Positions 36,896-48,200 of a stretch of 64,000 nucleotides of DNA are shown one piece after another. The position numbers were made by a program, and so were the translations under genes. The notes beneath the pieces were generated by a model. That model worked only from the letters and a program-made list of their open reading frames with translations. It was not told where the DNA came from and ran no database searches. Each line of letters begins with the position of its first letter. Position 1 is the stretch's first letter. Location: assembly GCA_004555955.1 (NCBI GenBank), contig SFJG01000005.1:628-64627 (forward strand), read 5' to 3'. Origin of the DNA: Bacteroidales bacterium. GTDB lineage: Bacteria > Bacteroidota > Bacteroidia > Bacteroidales > Muribaculaceae.

Positions 36896-37248
36896 TTGCA
36901 AAACAGAAAGAAACAAATCAAAACACACGGAATATGTTCTGGGTTATTCTTATAATTGTAGTTGTCTGAGTATTTTATTACTCCTTCAAACATGACGACT
37001 ACCACGATATCTCAAAAGACCATAATAGGGATAATAGCGGCTCGGATGAAGACAGCTATACCTACTTCGACGACATTTCGGACGACGACATAGAATACGA
37101 CTACTTGGAGCGCGAAGAGCAGCGCAGGGAAGAGGAGGACGAATACTACATCAACCAAAGAAACGAATAGCAATCGTGTCGTTTTCGCACGTCGCCGGCA
37201 CGCTTGCTCACTACCTTTGCAGCGTAAACCGAAAAAAGCACAAGCGCC

Positions 37249-37716
37249 ATGGAAACACATCTTCTCTCCCCCGAATCGGCAACGCGCATCACGTGGCTCG
37301 CCATCACCGTGTGCATCGAATATCTGTTGGTGCTCCTTGCCATCGCCGGCGACATGGTCAGCGGAATACGCAAAGCACGCCGACGCGGCGAATGCACTCG
37401 CAGTAGCGCACTGCGACGCACTGTCGACAAGGCGGCTACCTACTATAACCTTCTCGTTGTGCTCACCGTGGTCGACGCTATGCAAATCGTCGCCGCACTA
37501 CTGTTGCGCACCGTCGAGGGATACGACGTGCCTACAATACCAATTTTCACCCTTGTCGGCTCAGTCGGTATGGCTTGCATCGAAGTGAAAAGCATCTTCG
37601 AGAACGCCAATAAAAAGCGCCAAAACGATGTCGCCGAAATCCTCAATGCAATCGAAAAACTTTCGCACAGCGAATCCGTAAAAGAACTTCTAACCAAATT
37701 AACCACAAAACAATGA
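37249..37716 (+). CDS. Phage-type holin (holin 4_1 / LL-H-like family)
   Basis: 155-aa ORF with TM helices and the pattern GDMVSGIRKARRRGECTRSSALRRTVDKAATY typical of this holin family. Its stop overlaps the endolysin start (ATGA). Confidence 0.75.
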   Translation: METHLLSPESATRITWLAITVCIEYLLVLLAIAGDMVSGIRKARRRGECTRSSALRRTVDKAATYYNLLVVLTVVDAMQIVAALLLRTVEGYDVPTIPIFTLVGSVGMACIEVKSIFENANKKRQNDVAEILNAIEKLSHSESVKELLTKLTTKQ

Positions 37717-38066
37717 AACACTTTACCATCGAAGAACTCACGCGCTCAGCCACAGCTCAGCGCCTCGGCATTGAAAACCGCCCGTCGGCGAAATGCGCCA
37801 ACAACCTCAAAAATCTTGTTAACCTTGTGCTCGACCCGGCTCGCGAACAACTTGGACGCCCTATCTACGTCAACAGCGGCTATCGTTGCCGCGAACTGAA
37901 CAAAGCCGTCGGCGGCGCACGCAACTCATTCCATATACAAGGCCGTGCCGCCGACATCGACACTCGCACCGGCGACAATCGTATGCTGCTGTCTATTTTG
38001 CAACGACTTCCTCACACAGAACTCCTTTGGGAAGACAATGGCAGATGGATCCACGTCGCTCTCTAA
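37713..38066 (+). CDS. Peptidase M15 (zinc D-Ala-D-Ala carboxypeptidase-like) endolysin
   Basis: SGYRCRELNKAVGGARNSFHIQGRAADI ... WIHV is the H-x6-D ... H zinc signature of M15_3-type phage lysins. Confidence 0.85.
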   Translation: MKHFTIEELTRSATAQRLGIENRPSAKCANNLKNLVNLVLDPAREQLGRPIYVNSGYRCRELNKAVGGARNSFHIQGRAADIDTRTGDNRMLLSILQRLPHTELLWEDNGRWIHVAL

Positions 38067-38150
38067 CCGACAGCGTTTGGGCCAACACCCGAACGCTTTT
38101 CTTTTATAATCCATACTTTTTGCTTACATTTGCAAAAATATTGAGAAATA

Positions 38151-39242
38151 ATGGAAAAAATCATACTTACAGGAGACCGCCCCACGGGCAAACTTCACCT
38201 TGGACACTACGTCGGCTCGCTCCGTCGTAGAGTAGAACTGCAGAATTCAGGCAACTACGACAAAATTTTCGTCATGATTGCCGATGCTCAAGCGCTTACC
38301 GACAACGCTGACAACCCCGAAAAGATTCGTCAAAACATTATCGAAGTAGCCCTCGACTACCTATCCGTAGGTCTCGACCCGGCAAAAACAACCATCTTCA
38401 TCCAGTCGCAAGTGCCCGAACTCACCGAACTTGCTTTCTATTATATGAATTTGGTAACGGTGTCGCGCGTGCAACGCAACCCTACCGTAAAGACCGAAAT
38501 TAAGATGCGCAATTTCGAGGCAAGCATCCCCGTCGGCTTCTTCTGCTACCCGGTCAGCCAAGCCTCCGACATCACTGCTTTCAAGGCAACAACAGTCCCC
38601 GTCGGCGAAGACCAAGAGCCGATGATTGAGTTGACTCGCGAAATCGTCAACCGCTTCAACAACGTCTACGGCAAAACGCTCGTCGAGCCCGAAATACTCC
38701 TTCCCGACAATGCCGCTTGCTTGCGCCTGCCGGGCACCGACGGAAAGGCAAAGATGAGCAAATCGCTCGGCAACTGCATCTACCTCTCCGACACCGCTAA
38801 AGAAGTGGCTAAGAAAGTCAAAAGTATGTACACCGACCCACAGCACCTCAACATATGCGACCCGGGACATCTCGAAGGCAACTGCCCGTTCATCTATCTC
38901 GATGCTTTCGTTCGCGACGAGCATTTCGAACGATACGCCCCCGACTATAAGAATCTTCAAGAATTGAAAGACCACTATACTCGCGGAGGTCTCGGCGACG
39001 GCACTGTCAAAAAGTTGCTCATCAACGTGCTCGAAGAAGAATTAGCACCTATCCGCGAACGCCGTCACGCTTTCGAACAAGACATACCCGCCGTATTCGA
39101 TATGCTGCGCCGCGGCAGTGAAGCCGCTCGCGAAGTGGCTGCTCAAACGCTTGCCGAAGTGCGTCGCGCTATGCGCATCAACTATTTTGAAGACGCCGAC
39201 CTTATTGCCGAACAAGCCAAGAAATTTACCGCCGGCAAATAA
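38151..39242 (+). CDS. trpS: Tryptophanyl-tRNA synthetase
   Basis: [14 protein letters not shown] (HIGH-like) and KMSKS motifs in a 363-aa protein. Confidence 0.97.
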   Translation: MEKIILTGDRPTGKLHLGHYVGSLRRRVELQNSGNYDKIFVMIADAQALTDNADNPEKIRQNIIEVALDYLSVGLDPAKTTIFIQSQVPELTELAFYYMNLVTVSRVQRNPTVKTEIKMRNFEASIPVGFFCYPVSQASDITAFKATTVPVGEDQEPMIELTREIVNRFNNVYGKTLVEPEILLPDNAACLRLPGTDGKAKMSKSLGNCIYLSDTAKEVAKKVKSMYTDPQHLNICDPGHLEGNCPFIYLDAFVRDEHFERYAPDYKNLQELKDHYTRGGLGDGTVKKLLINVLEEELAPIRERRHAFEQDIPAVFDMLRRGSEAAREVAAQTLAEVRRAMRINYFEDADLIAEQAKKFTAGK

Positions 39243-39267
39243 GCAGATAAGGCACAATATAACGTAC

Positions 39268-39304
39268 AAAACCCCTGCCACATGCATTGTTGACAGGGGT
39301 TTTT
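39268..39304. terminator. Bidirectional terminator between trpS and pfkA
   Basis: aaaacccctg ... caggggtttt, with A/T runs on both sides. Confidence 0.7.
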
Positions 39305-39324
39305 ATTCGTTAGTGAAAGATGTA

Positions 39325-40302
39325 TTATATCGACAAGCGGCGAAGTGTTTCGAGCAATTCACGATTGATAGGCTTGTCTTTCTTGATAGCCTTCGTAAAC
39401 GGCACGTAGACAATTTCGTCGTTGGCAATACCAATCATCACATTGCGTTGGTCTTCCAACAACGCATCGATAGCGGCAGCACCCATACGCGAAGCGAGAA
39501 TACGGTCGTGAGCCGTCGGCGAACCACCACGTTGCAGGTGTCCGAGAATCGACACACGCACTTCGTATTGCGGATATTCGTTCTTAACGCGCTCAGCCAA
39601 CGCCATTGCTCCACCCGTGACAGGGCTCTCGGCAACGAGCACTATCGAAGAGTTTTTGCTCTTGCGGAAGCCGTTGTTGATGAGTTGCTCAAGTTGGTCG
39701 ACTTCGGTAGAAATCTCAGGGATAATCGCCGCTTCGGCACCGGCTGCGATTGCACCATTAAGCGCCAAGAAGCCCGCATCGCGACCCATAACTTCGATGA
39801 AGAAGAGACGCTCGTGCGATGTTGCCGTGTCGCGAATCTTGTCGACACACTCCATGATGGTATTCAAGGCTGTGTCGTAGCCGATAGTCGTATCCGTGCC
39901 ATAGAGGTCATTGTCGATTGTTCCGGGCAAGCCGATGATAGGAATATTAAATTCATTAGCAAAAATACGTGCACCTGTCAACGAGCCGTCGCCGCCGATA
40001 ACAACCAATGCATCAATGCCGGCTGCTCGCATATTCTCGTAGGCTTGTTTGCGACCTTCTTCCGTGCGGAACTCGGTGCAACGTGCCGTCTTGAGTATTG
40101 TGCCTCCCATTTGAATAATATTCGACACGTTTTGTGTCTTAAACTCTACGATTTCATTTGTCAGCAATCCTCGGTAACCACGATAAATACCTTTCACGCT
40201 TATCCCGCTAAAAATAGCAGAGCGTGTCACGGCGCGAATCGCCGCATTCATTCCGGGAGCATCACCTCCCGACGTTAAAATTCCAATACAATTGATAGGC
40301 AT
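39325..40302 (-). CDS. pfkA: ATP-dependent 6-phosphofructokinase
   Basis: [23 protein letters not shown] and PGTIDND motifs. Confidence 0.95.
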   Translation of the reverse strand: MPINCIGILTSGGDAPGMNAAIRAVTRSAIFSGISVKGIYRGYRGLLTNEIVEFKTQNVSNIIQMGGTILKTARCTEFRTEEGRKQAYENMRAAGIDALVVIGGDGSLTGARIFANEFNIPIIGLPGTIDNDLYGTDTTIGYDTALNTIMECVDKIRDTATSHERLFFIEVMGRDAGFLALNGAIAAGAEAAIIPEISTEVDQLEQLINNGFRKSKNSSIVLVAESPVTGGAMALAERVKNEYPQYEVRVSILGHLQRGGSPTAHDRILASRMGAAAIDALLEDQRNVMIGIANDEIVYVPFTKAIKKDKPINRELLETLRRLSI

Positions 40303-40515
40303 AGCTTTTTCAACTTTAGTAAATATAGGCTTATATCACGCAAAAGTAAGCAAAAAAACTGACAATTGCCATTTCTTATATTTAAATTTCTTCTTTCGAC
40401 AAAAATGACTAATCGATTTTCACGATTAATTAACCACGAGAGTCAACGCTATGACGAGAACAGGGACTACCCGACTTCTGTCAGGCAGCCCCTGTAATTA
40501 TAATTTAAGAATGCT

Positions 40516-40869
40516 CTACTTACTTGCTTTCTTGCAAGTAGCATCTTTCTTGCAGCAGCCTTCTGTCTTCTTGCAAGTTGCATCCTTCTTGCAAGTTGCT
40601 TCTTTCTTGCAGCAGCCTTCTGCCTTCTTGCAAGTAGCATCTTTCTTGCAGCAGCCTTCTGCCTTTTTGCAAGTAGCGTCTTTCTTGCAGCAGCCTTCTG
40701 TCTTCTTGCAAGCAGCGTCTTTTTTGCAAGTAGCATCTTTCTTACAAGTTGCTTCTTTCTTGCAGCATTCTTTTTTCTCACATTTTGTTGTAGCAGTTTG
40801 TGCGGCCATCGATGCCGATGCGCCCAAGCAAATTACAACAGCCAAAATGGCTACGATTAACTTTTTCAT
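40516..40869 (-). CDS. Secreted Cys/Lys-rich tandem-repeat protein, (x)3-4-C-K-K units
   Basis: Sec signal MKKLIVAILAVVICLGASASMA, followed by 95 residues. By hand count these hold 13 CKK triplets, 19 Cys and 30 Lys (ATCKKD / EGCCKK units). The DNA consists of 18/21-nt tandem repeats. Confidence 0.7.
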   Translation of the reverse strand: MKKLIVAILAVVICLGASASMAAQTATTKCEKKECCKKEATCKKDATCKKDAACKKTEGCCKKDATCKKAEGCCKKDATCKKAEGCCKKEATCKKDATCKKTEGCCKKDATCKKASK

Positions 40870-40989
40870 CTTTTGTAAATTTAATTGTTCTTATAATTCA
40901 AATCTTTATTGTGTCGGCACTCACACTCGCCGACATCGACAAAGATAAAGATAAATACCAAAAACGCCAATAATCACAATTAAATCTAA

Positions 40990-42219
40990 CTACTTTTTAA
41001 TATTTTTTGCTATTCTGTCCATCGCTTCAAGACAGTCTTCGTAGGTGCCGAAAGCTGTAAGTCGGAGATATCCTTCGCCGGCGGGTCCAAAACCGGCGCC
41101 GGGTGTACCGACGACATTCGCCTCGTTAAGCAACTTGTCGAAAAACTCCCACGACGTAACTCCGGCAGGGGTTTTCAGCCAAATGTACGGCGAATTGACG
41201 CCGCCATAGGCTTCGAGTCCGACGGCACGCAACCCGCTGAGCATCGTAGATGCGTTGCGGAGATAGTAGTCGATAGTGGCGCGCACTTGTGCCTTGCCCT
41301 CCGGCGTATAAATAGCTTCGGCAGCACGCTGTGTGATATAACTTGTGCCGTTAAATTTCGTGCACTGTCGGCGATTCCACACGGCGTTGAGCGCCACACG
41401 GCTGCCGTCGGCGGCTTTAACCGTAAGGTCCTTCGGAACTACGGTAAATCCGCAACGCACTCCGGTAAAGCCTGCCGTTTTAGAATAGCTGCGAAACTCT
41501 ACGGCGCAACGGCGTGCACCCTCGATTTCATAGATGCTGTGGGGCACGTCGGGCTCTGTGATAAACGCTTCGTAGGCGGCGTCGAAGAGCAAAAGTGTGT
41601 CGTTGGCAAGTGCATAGTCGACCCACTCGGCAAGTTGGCTGCGCGTTAGTGTCGTGCCCATAGGATTGTTGGGATAGCACAGATAGACCACATCGAGTCG
41701 GCGGTCGGGGATTTGCGGCGCGAAGCCGTTGTCGGCGGTACATGGCAGATAGCACACGTCCGACCAATGGCCGTCTGCGGCAAGCGTTCCGGCGCGTCCG
41801 CCCATTACGTTCGAGTCGATATAAACCGGATAAATCGGGTCGGTTACGCCTACGGTGTTGGCTTGCGCAAGTATGTCGCCGAAGTTGCCCGTATCGCTCT
41901 TTGCGCCGTCGCTGACAAACACCTCCGAGGCGTCGATGCCAAGTCCGGCATAGTCGTTTTCGACGATGGCACGGCGCAGAAACTCGTAGCCCTGCTCGGG
42001 ACCGTAGCCGCGGAACGTGTCGGCAGAAGCCATCTCGTCGACTGCCTTATGCATCGCTTCGATACACGCCGGCGGCAACGGACGCGTCACGTCGCCGATG
42101 CCCAAGCGGATTAGTTTTACTCCGGGATGTGATGCCTTGAACGCTTCGACGCGACGCGCTATCTCTGAGAAGAGATAACTTCCCGGCAATTTTAGAAAAT
42201 TATCGTTGATAAATGCCAT
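40990..42219 (-). CDS. dapL: LL-diaminopimelate aminotransferase
   Basis: The start was re-picked at [20 protein letters not shown] (ATG at 42219). The N-terminus is typical of DapL, and the protein is a PLP fold-type I enzyme ([10 protein letters not shown]). Confidence 0.9.
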   Translation of the reverse strand: MAFINDNFLKLPGSYLFSEIARRVEAFKASHPGVKLIRLGIGDVTRPLPPACIEAMHKAVDEMASADTFRGYGPEQGYEFLRRAIVENDYAGLGIDASEVFVSDGAKSDTGNFGDILAQANTVGVTDPIYPVYIDSNVMGGRAGTLAADGHWSDVCYLPCTADNGFAPQIPDRRLDVVYLCYPNNPMGTTLTRSQLAEWVDYALANDTLLLFDAAYEAFITEPDVPHSIYEIEGARRCAVEFRSYSKTAGFTGVRCGFTVVPKDLTVKAADGSRVALNAVWNRRQCTKFNGTSYITQRAAEAIYTPEGKAQVRATIDYYLRNASTMLSGLRAVGLEAYGGVNSPYIWLKTPAGVTSWEFFDKLLNEANVVGTPGAGFGPAGEGYLRLTAFGTYEDCLEAMDRIAKNIKK

Positions 42220-42224
42220 AAAAT

Positions 42225-43895
42225 TTACTTTTGATAAGCATCTTCGTGAACTCCGGCAACGGCGCGGCCACTCGGGTCGTTCAGGTTCTTGAACGAAGCG
42301 TCCCATGCGAGTGCTTCAGCGGTCGAACATGCAACCGACGGCACCGATGGCACGCTACGCGCTGCGCTTGCGCTCGGGAAATATTCTTCGAAAATGCTGC
42401 GGTAATAGTATTCTTCTTTGTTTTGTGGAGGATTAATGGGGAATCGTTCGGCGGCATGAGCCATCTGTTCGTCGCTGACGGCTTCGGCAGTCATTGCTTT
42501 GAGCGTGTCAATCCAACTATATCCGACGCCGTCGGAGAATTGTTCCTTCTGGCGCCAAGCCACGCTATCGGGCAGCATGTCGGCAAATGCCTCACGCACG
42601 ATACGTTTCTCGATGGTCTTTCCGGGGCACATCTTAGCCTCCGGATTCAGACGCATAGCCACGTCGAGAAATTCCTTGTCGAGGAACGGCACACGCCCCT
42701 CAACACCCCACGCCGAAAGCGACTTGTTGGCGCGCAAGCAGTCGTAGAGATGCAGTTTGGAGAGTTTGCGCACGGTTTCTTCGTGGAAAGCGCGTGCGTC
42801 TGGGGCTTTGTGAAAGTAGAGATAGCCGCCGAACACTTCGTCGGCACCCTCGCCACTGAGCACCATCTTGATGCCCATACTCTTGATGACGCGCGCAAGC
42901 AGATACATCGGCGTCGAGGCGCGGACTGTTGTCACGTCGTAGGTCTCAATATAGTAAATCACGTCGCGAATGGCATCAAGACCTTCTTGAATCGTATAGT
43001 TGATTTCGTGGTGTACGGTTCCGATATGGTCGGCAACTTCTTTCGCCTTAGCCAAGTCGGGCGCACCTTTCAGTCCGACAGCGAACGAGTGAAGCTGTGG
43101 CCACCACGCATCCTGACGCGAGTCGGTTTCGATACGCTTCGAAGCAAACTTCTTGGCAATCGCCGAAATCACCGAACTGTCGAGACCGCCCGAGAGCAGC
43201 ACACCGTAGGGCACGTCGCTCATCAACTGACGACGAACGGCATCTTCGAGCGCATCGTGAAGCGTTGCCACGTCGGCAGTATTGTCTTTCACCGCATCGT
43301 AGTCCATCCAGTCGCGCTTATACCAACGCACCATCTTACCCTCGCTGCCCAGGTAGTAATGACCGGGCAAGAACGGCTCATACTCGTCGCAGAAGCCTTC
43401 GAGCGCTTTCAATTCGCTGGCGCAATAGACTCGTCCTTCGCTGTCCTTACCGATATACAACGGAATGACGCCTATCGGGTCGCGTGCAATCAGGAAATCG
43501 TCGTTTTCCGCATCATAGAGTGCAAATGCAAAGATACCGCTAATGTCTTCGAGAAACTTTACGCCCTTCTCGCGATAAAGCGGCAAAATCACCTCGCAAT
43601 CGCTGCCCGTCTGAAATTCGTACTTGTCGGCATAGCGACTGCGAATGTCGCGATGGTTATAGATTTCGCCGTTGACAGCAAGCACTTGCTTACTGTCGGG
43701 CGAAAACAGAGGCTGACCGCCGCTCTGAGGGTCGACAATCGACAGACGCTCATGCGCCAGGATTGCCGAGCCGCCACAGTAGATGCCGCTCCAGTCCGGA
43801 CCGCGATGGCGTATGCGTTTCGACATTTCGAGGGCTTTCTTCCTCAACTCTTTTGTTTGCTCTTTTATATTGAATATGGCTACAATTCCACACAT
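42225..43895 (-). CDS. asnB: Asparagine synthase (glutamine-hydrolysing)
   Basis: MCGI N-terminal nucleophile and the SGGLDSS PP-loop. Confidence 0.95.
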   Translation of the reverse strand: MCGIVAIFNIKEQTKELRKKALEMSKRIRHRGPDWSGIYCGGSAILAHERLSIVDPQSGGQPLFSPDSKQVLAVNGEIYNHRDIRSRYADKYEFQTGSDCEVILPLYREKGVKFLEDISGIFAFALYDAENDDFLIARDPIGVIPLYIGKDSEGRVYCASELKALEGFCDEYEPFLPGHYYLGSEGKMVRWYKRDWMDYDAVKDNTADVATLHDALEDAVRRQLMSDVPYGVLLSGGLDSSVISAIAKKFASKRIETDSRQDAWWPQLHSFAVGLKGAPDLAKAKEVADHIGTVHHEINYTIQEGLDAIRDVIYYIETYDVTTVRASTPMYLLARVIKSMGIKMVLSGEGADEVFGGYLYFHKAPDARAFHEETVRKLSKLHLYDCLRANKSLSAWGVEGRVPFLDKEFLDVAMRLNPEAKMCPGKTIEKRIVREAFADMLPDSVAWRQKEQFSDGVGYSWIDTLKAMTAEAVSDEQMAHAAERFPINPPQNKEEYYYRSIFEEYFPSASAARSVPSVPSVACSTAEALAWDASFKNLNDPSGRAVAGVHEDAYQK

Positions 43896-43901
43896 AACAG
43901 A

Positions 43902-45245
43902 CTATTTTTTTGATAAGAACGAATCGATGTCGGCAGCGGCTTTCCTGCCGGAAGCGATGCAACGCACCACAAGGCTTGCGCCGGTTGCGGCGTCGCCTGC
44001 TACAAACACGTTGTTGGCGAACTCAGGTTGTTGCGGCTTGAGGAAGCCCATAGCAAGAAGCACCAAATCGGCTTTGATGACTTCTTTCTTGCCGGTAGGT
44101 TTCATCGTCGGGCGACCGCCTTCGGGATTGGGTACCCATTCCACTTCTTCGACCTCAACACCGGTCACACGCCCGTCTTTCCCGATAAACTTGTTAGAGG
44201 CAAGGCTCCAACGACGCTCGCAGCCTTCAAGATGACTCGAACTCGTTTTGAGCACCATAGGCCACGACGGCCAAGGCGTTGCCGGATTGTCACCTACGGG
44301 AGGCTTTGGCATAATCTCGATTTGAGTCACCGAAGTGGCACCATGACGGTTGCTCGTACCGATGCAGTCGCTACCGGTGTCACCGCCGCCTATGACCAGC
44401 ACACGCTTACCTTTCGCAGAAATGCGTTCTTCCTTTGAGAAAGTCTGTCCGGCGAGAACACGGTTTTGCTGCGCAAGCATTTCCAAGGCAAAGTGAATAC
44501 CTTTAAGGTCGCGACCGGGAATGTTCAGGTCACGTGCCTGCGGTGTGCCGGTGCATATACAGTAGGCATCGAATCCGTCAGGGAGATTAGTCACATCGAT
44601 GTCGCTGTTGGTTTTGAAAGTAATACCTTCGGCTTCCATGATGCCTACGCGACGGTCTATAATAGCTTTGTTAAGTTTAAAGTTCGGTATGCCGAAGCGG
44701 AGCAAGCCGCCGACATATTCAAGGCGTTCGAACACGGTGACGTCGTAGCCGCGATGATTCAATTGGTTGGCGGCGGCAAGACCTGCCGGACCCGACCCGA
44801 TGACGGCAACACTCTTGCCTTTGCGCGGATAGGTACGCGGCACAATATATCCTTCGCGGAACGCCGCTTCGGCAATTGCGCCTTCGTCTTCGCGTATGGT
44901 CACCGGCGCGTCCATTGTCAGTTTGAGCACACAACTCTTCTCGCACAATGCCGGGCAGATACGTCCGGTAAATTCGGGAAAATCGTTGGTGGTGGTAAGT
45001 ATTTCGTAAGCCTCTCTCCATTTGCCTTTGTAGAGCGCATCCTGGAATTCGGGAGGGCGATTGCCCAGCGGGCAAGCCCAGTGGCAGAAGGGCACGCCGC
45101 AATCCATGCAGCGCGACGCCTGCTGACGGCGCTCCGATGTGTTAAGGGTCTGTTCTACTTCGCCGAAATCGGCAATGCGGTCGTGTATGGGACGATAGCC
45201 GGCTTCTTGGCGCGGTATGGTGAGGAATGCTTTAGGGTTTCCCAT
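43902..45245 (-). CDS. gltD: Glutamate synthase small subunit
   Basis: Fe-S cysteines (CMDCGVPFC), GSGPAGLAAA and GGGDTGSDC. Confidence 0.95.
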   Translation of the reverse strand: MGNPKAFLTIPRQEAGYRPIHDRIADFGEVEQTLNTSERRQQASRCMDCGVPFCHWACPLGNRPPEFQDALYKGKWREAYEILTTTNDFPEFTGRICPALCEKSCVLKLTMDAPVTIREDEGAIAEAAFREGYIVPRTYPRKGKSVAVIGSGPAGLAAANQLNHRGYDVTVFERLEYVGGLLRFGIPNFKLNKAIIDRRVGIMEAEGITFKTNSDIDVTNLPDGFDAYCICTGTPQARDLNIPGRDLKGIHFALEMLAQQNRVLAGQTFSKEERISAKGKRVLVIGGGDTGSDCIGTSNRHGATSVTQIEIMPKPPVGDNPATPWPSWPMVLKTSSSHLEGCERRWSLASNKFIGKDGRVTGVEVEEVEWVPNPEGGRPTMKPTGKKEVIKADLVLLAMGFLKPQQPEFANNVFVAGDAATGASLVVRCIASGRKAAADIDSFLSKK

Positions 45246-45281
45246 AATGTTATCTTTGTTTCAAAATGATTGACAAATAAA

Positions 45282-48200
45282 TTAGTAATCTCGTTGCACT
45301 TCGGCAATCTTTTGACGCAGTTTACGCATCTGCTCTTCGGCAAGCACTCGCTTGTATTCGATAGGCGTTACTTGGATAAACTCGTCGATGTAGCGGTTCC
45401 AGTTGTCGAGCATCGTGCGCGCTATCTGCGACCCCGTGTAAAGGTAATGCTGACGCACCAGTTCGTGCAACTCTTTGCGCGCTGTCGAATCTTCGAGAAG
45501 CGACAGTTCTACCATTTCCATATTGCAGAAGTAGTCGAAATTGCGGTTGCGGTCCCAAACGTAGGCAACGCCGCCGCTCATACCTGCCGCAAAGTTGCGT
45601 CCGGTGTCGCCGAGCACAACGACACGTCCGCCGGTCATATATTCGCAGCAGTGGTCGCCCACGCCTTCGACAACGGCGATTGCACCCGAATTGCGCACGG
45701 CGAAACGCTCGCCGACCATACCGTTGATATAGACCTCGCCCGACGTTGCGCCATAGAGGATGGTGTTGCCGGCTATAGTGTTCTTCTCTGCGTCGAAGTT
45801 GCTGCGAACCGGCGGCTGTACGCTGATGCGACCGCCTGAAAGTCCTTTGCCGAGATAGTCGTTGGCTTCGCCTTCGAGTTTGAAGTTAATGCCGTGGGCA
45901 AGGAATGCGCCGAAACTTTGTCCGGCAGAGCCTTTAAACTTGACGTTGATGGTCTGCTCGGGAAGTCCGGCATTGCCGTAACGCATGGCAACGGCTCCCG
46001 AAAGCATTGCTCCCACCGAACGGTCGGTGTTGGCAATGGCATACTCAAGCGACACCTCTTTTTGGCTTTCCAGAGCGTCGGCGGCTGCAGCAATCATCGC
46101 CACATCTTTGACAGTGGCAATGTCGTGACGTTGCTCCATCACGTTGTGGACGGCTGCCGTGCCGGGAACGCGGTAGAGCATCTTCGAGAAATCGAGCAAC
46201 GATGCTTTCGAGCCCGGTGCTGCCGGCTTGAGTTCGATGAGTTCGGTATGACCTACGATGTCGTCGAAATGACGATAGCCCATTTCGGCAAGATATTCGC
46301 GCACTTCTTGTGCCAAGAAGCGGAAGTAGTTGACCACATATTTATAATGTCCGCGGAAATGCTCACGGAGTTTTGGGTCTTGGGTTGCAACGCCCACGGG
46401 ACAAGTATTTTGATGACATTTGCGCATCATAACGCATCCAAGCACGATGAGCACGGTTGTTCCAAAGCCGAACTCCTCGGCGCCGAGCAATGCCATCGAC
46501 ACGATGTCGCGTCCGGTCTTTAGTTGACCGTCGGTCTGCAAGCGCACCTGACCGCGAAGTCCGTTGAGAACCAACGTTTGCTGCGTCTCGCTCAAGCCGA
46601 TTTCCGGCGAAATACCGGCATAGCGCATCGATGATGCCGGCGATGCTCCCGTGCCGCCCTCGGCACCTGAGATTACTATCAAATCGGCTTTCGCCTTGGC
46701 TACTCCGGCGGCAATCGTTCCTACGCCGCTTTCGGCAACGAGTTTCACGCTGATTTTTGCCTTCGGATTGACGTTCTTGAGGTCAAAGATAAGTTGTGCG
46801 AGGTCTTCGATTGAATAAATATCGTGGTGCGGTGGGGGCGAAATCAATGAGATACCGGGGATGGAGTGACGAGTCTTGGCGATGATTTCGTTAACCTTAA
46901 AGCCGGGCAACTGTCCGCCCTCGCCGGGTTTTGCTCCTTGCGCCACCTTGATTTGTATTTCTTCGGCATTGACGAGATATTCAGTCGTTACGCCGAAACG
47001 TCCCGACGCTATTTGCTTGGTCTTGCTCGAGAGCGACACGCCGTTGACGTCTGCCGTAAAGCGGTCGCTGTCTTCGCCGCCTTCACCGGTGTTGCTGCGA
47101 GTGCCGAGCTCGTTCATCGCCAAAGCGAGCGCCTCGTGTGCTTCTTTCGAAATGGCGCCGAACGACATTGCTCCCGTCACGAAATGCTTAACAATGTTGT
47201 CGACCGGCTCGACCTCGTCGATGCTTATCGGATTGCGCTTAAATTGGAAGAAGTCGCGCAAGAATATCGGTTGCGCCTTGCCGTCGACCGCCGCCGTAAA
47301 CTCTTTAAACTTCTTATAACTACCCAATCGCGTTGCAAGTTGCAGCGTCGAGATTGTCTCGGGATTCCAAGCGTGCTTTTCGCCGTCTTTGCGGAACGAG
47401 AATTGTCCGATGTGAGGCAGCACATCAGCGTCGGTACAAGCGTAACCGGCATCATGGAATTTGATATAGTCGCGAGCAATCTCCGCGAGATGTATACCAC
47501 CGATGGTCGACGACGAGGTGCCGAAATAGGTCTTAAGCAAGTCGTCGCTCAAGCCGATAGATTCGAAAATCTTCGCACCGCGGTAAGAGCGGATGGTGCT
47601 GATACCCATCTTGCTCATCACCTTGTACAAGCCTTTGCAAATGGCTTTGATATAGTTCTTTTCGGCTGTTTCGTAGTTCATCTGCACATCGCCGCGTGCC
47701 ACCAAATCGTCGAGCACGGCGAACGCCATATACGGGCAAATTGCGCTTGCACCATAGCCGAGCAGGAGGGCTGCATGCATCACCTCGCGAATTTCGCCGC
47801 TCTTGACAATCAACGCTGTTTGCACGCGCTTTTGTACGGAAATCAAGTGATGGTGCACGGCGCTCACTGCCAGTAACGACGGTATCGCCGCATGAGTCTC
47901 GTCGACTCCGGCATCGGTCAGCACGATATAGTTGACACCCTCATCGACCGATTCTTCCGCCTTGCGGCACAGGTTGTTGAGCGCTTCGCGAAGCGCAGCC
48001 TCGCCGCCGGCAACGTCGAACAGCATAGGCAGTTGGACGGTGTTGAAGCCTTTGTAACGAATGTTGCAAAGTATGTCGAGTTGGGTGTTTGTAAGCACGG
48101 GATGTGGCAAGCGCACCATCTTACAGTGGGTTTCGTTGGGCACGAGGATGTTCATACCAACGGCACCGATATATTCGGTAAGCGACATCACGAGTTCCTC

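Noticed and set aside
36970-37170. Acidic open frame (...DEDSYTYFDDISDDDIEYDYLEREEQRREEEDEYYINQRNE*) and the 157-aa antisense ORF at 37012-37485
   Set aside because: The acidic frame has no ATG, GTG or TTG start after the preceding TGA (it begins at GTA). The antisense ORF overlaps the holin gene. At most these are a gene remnant.
39118-40278. 386-aa plus-strand ORF
   Set aside because: It is antisense to pfkA and overlaps the trpS 3' end. No motifs are present.
40451-40948. Alternative frames over the CKK repeat (165-aa plus-strand ORF; 104-aa and 69-aa minus-strand ORFs)
   Set aside because: The tandem 18/21-nt repeat keeps every frame open. Only the 117-aa minus-strand frame has an ATG with a proper Sec signal peptide and a sensible promoter-proximal start.
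42231-43913. 560-aa plus-strand ORF
   Set aside because: It is an exact antisense shadow of asnB, which has an unambiguous MCGI amidotransferase N-terminus and PP-loop. The antisense product is Arg/Val/His-rich low-information sequence with no motif.
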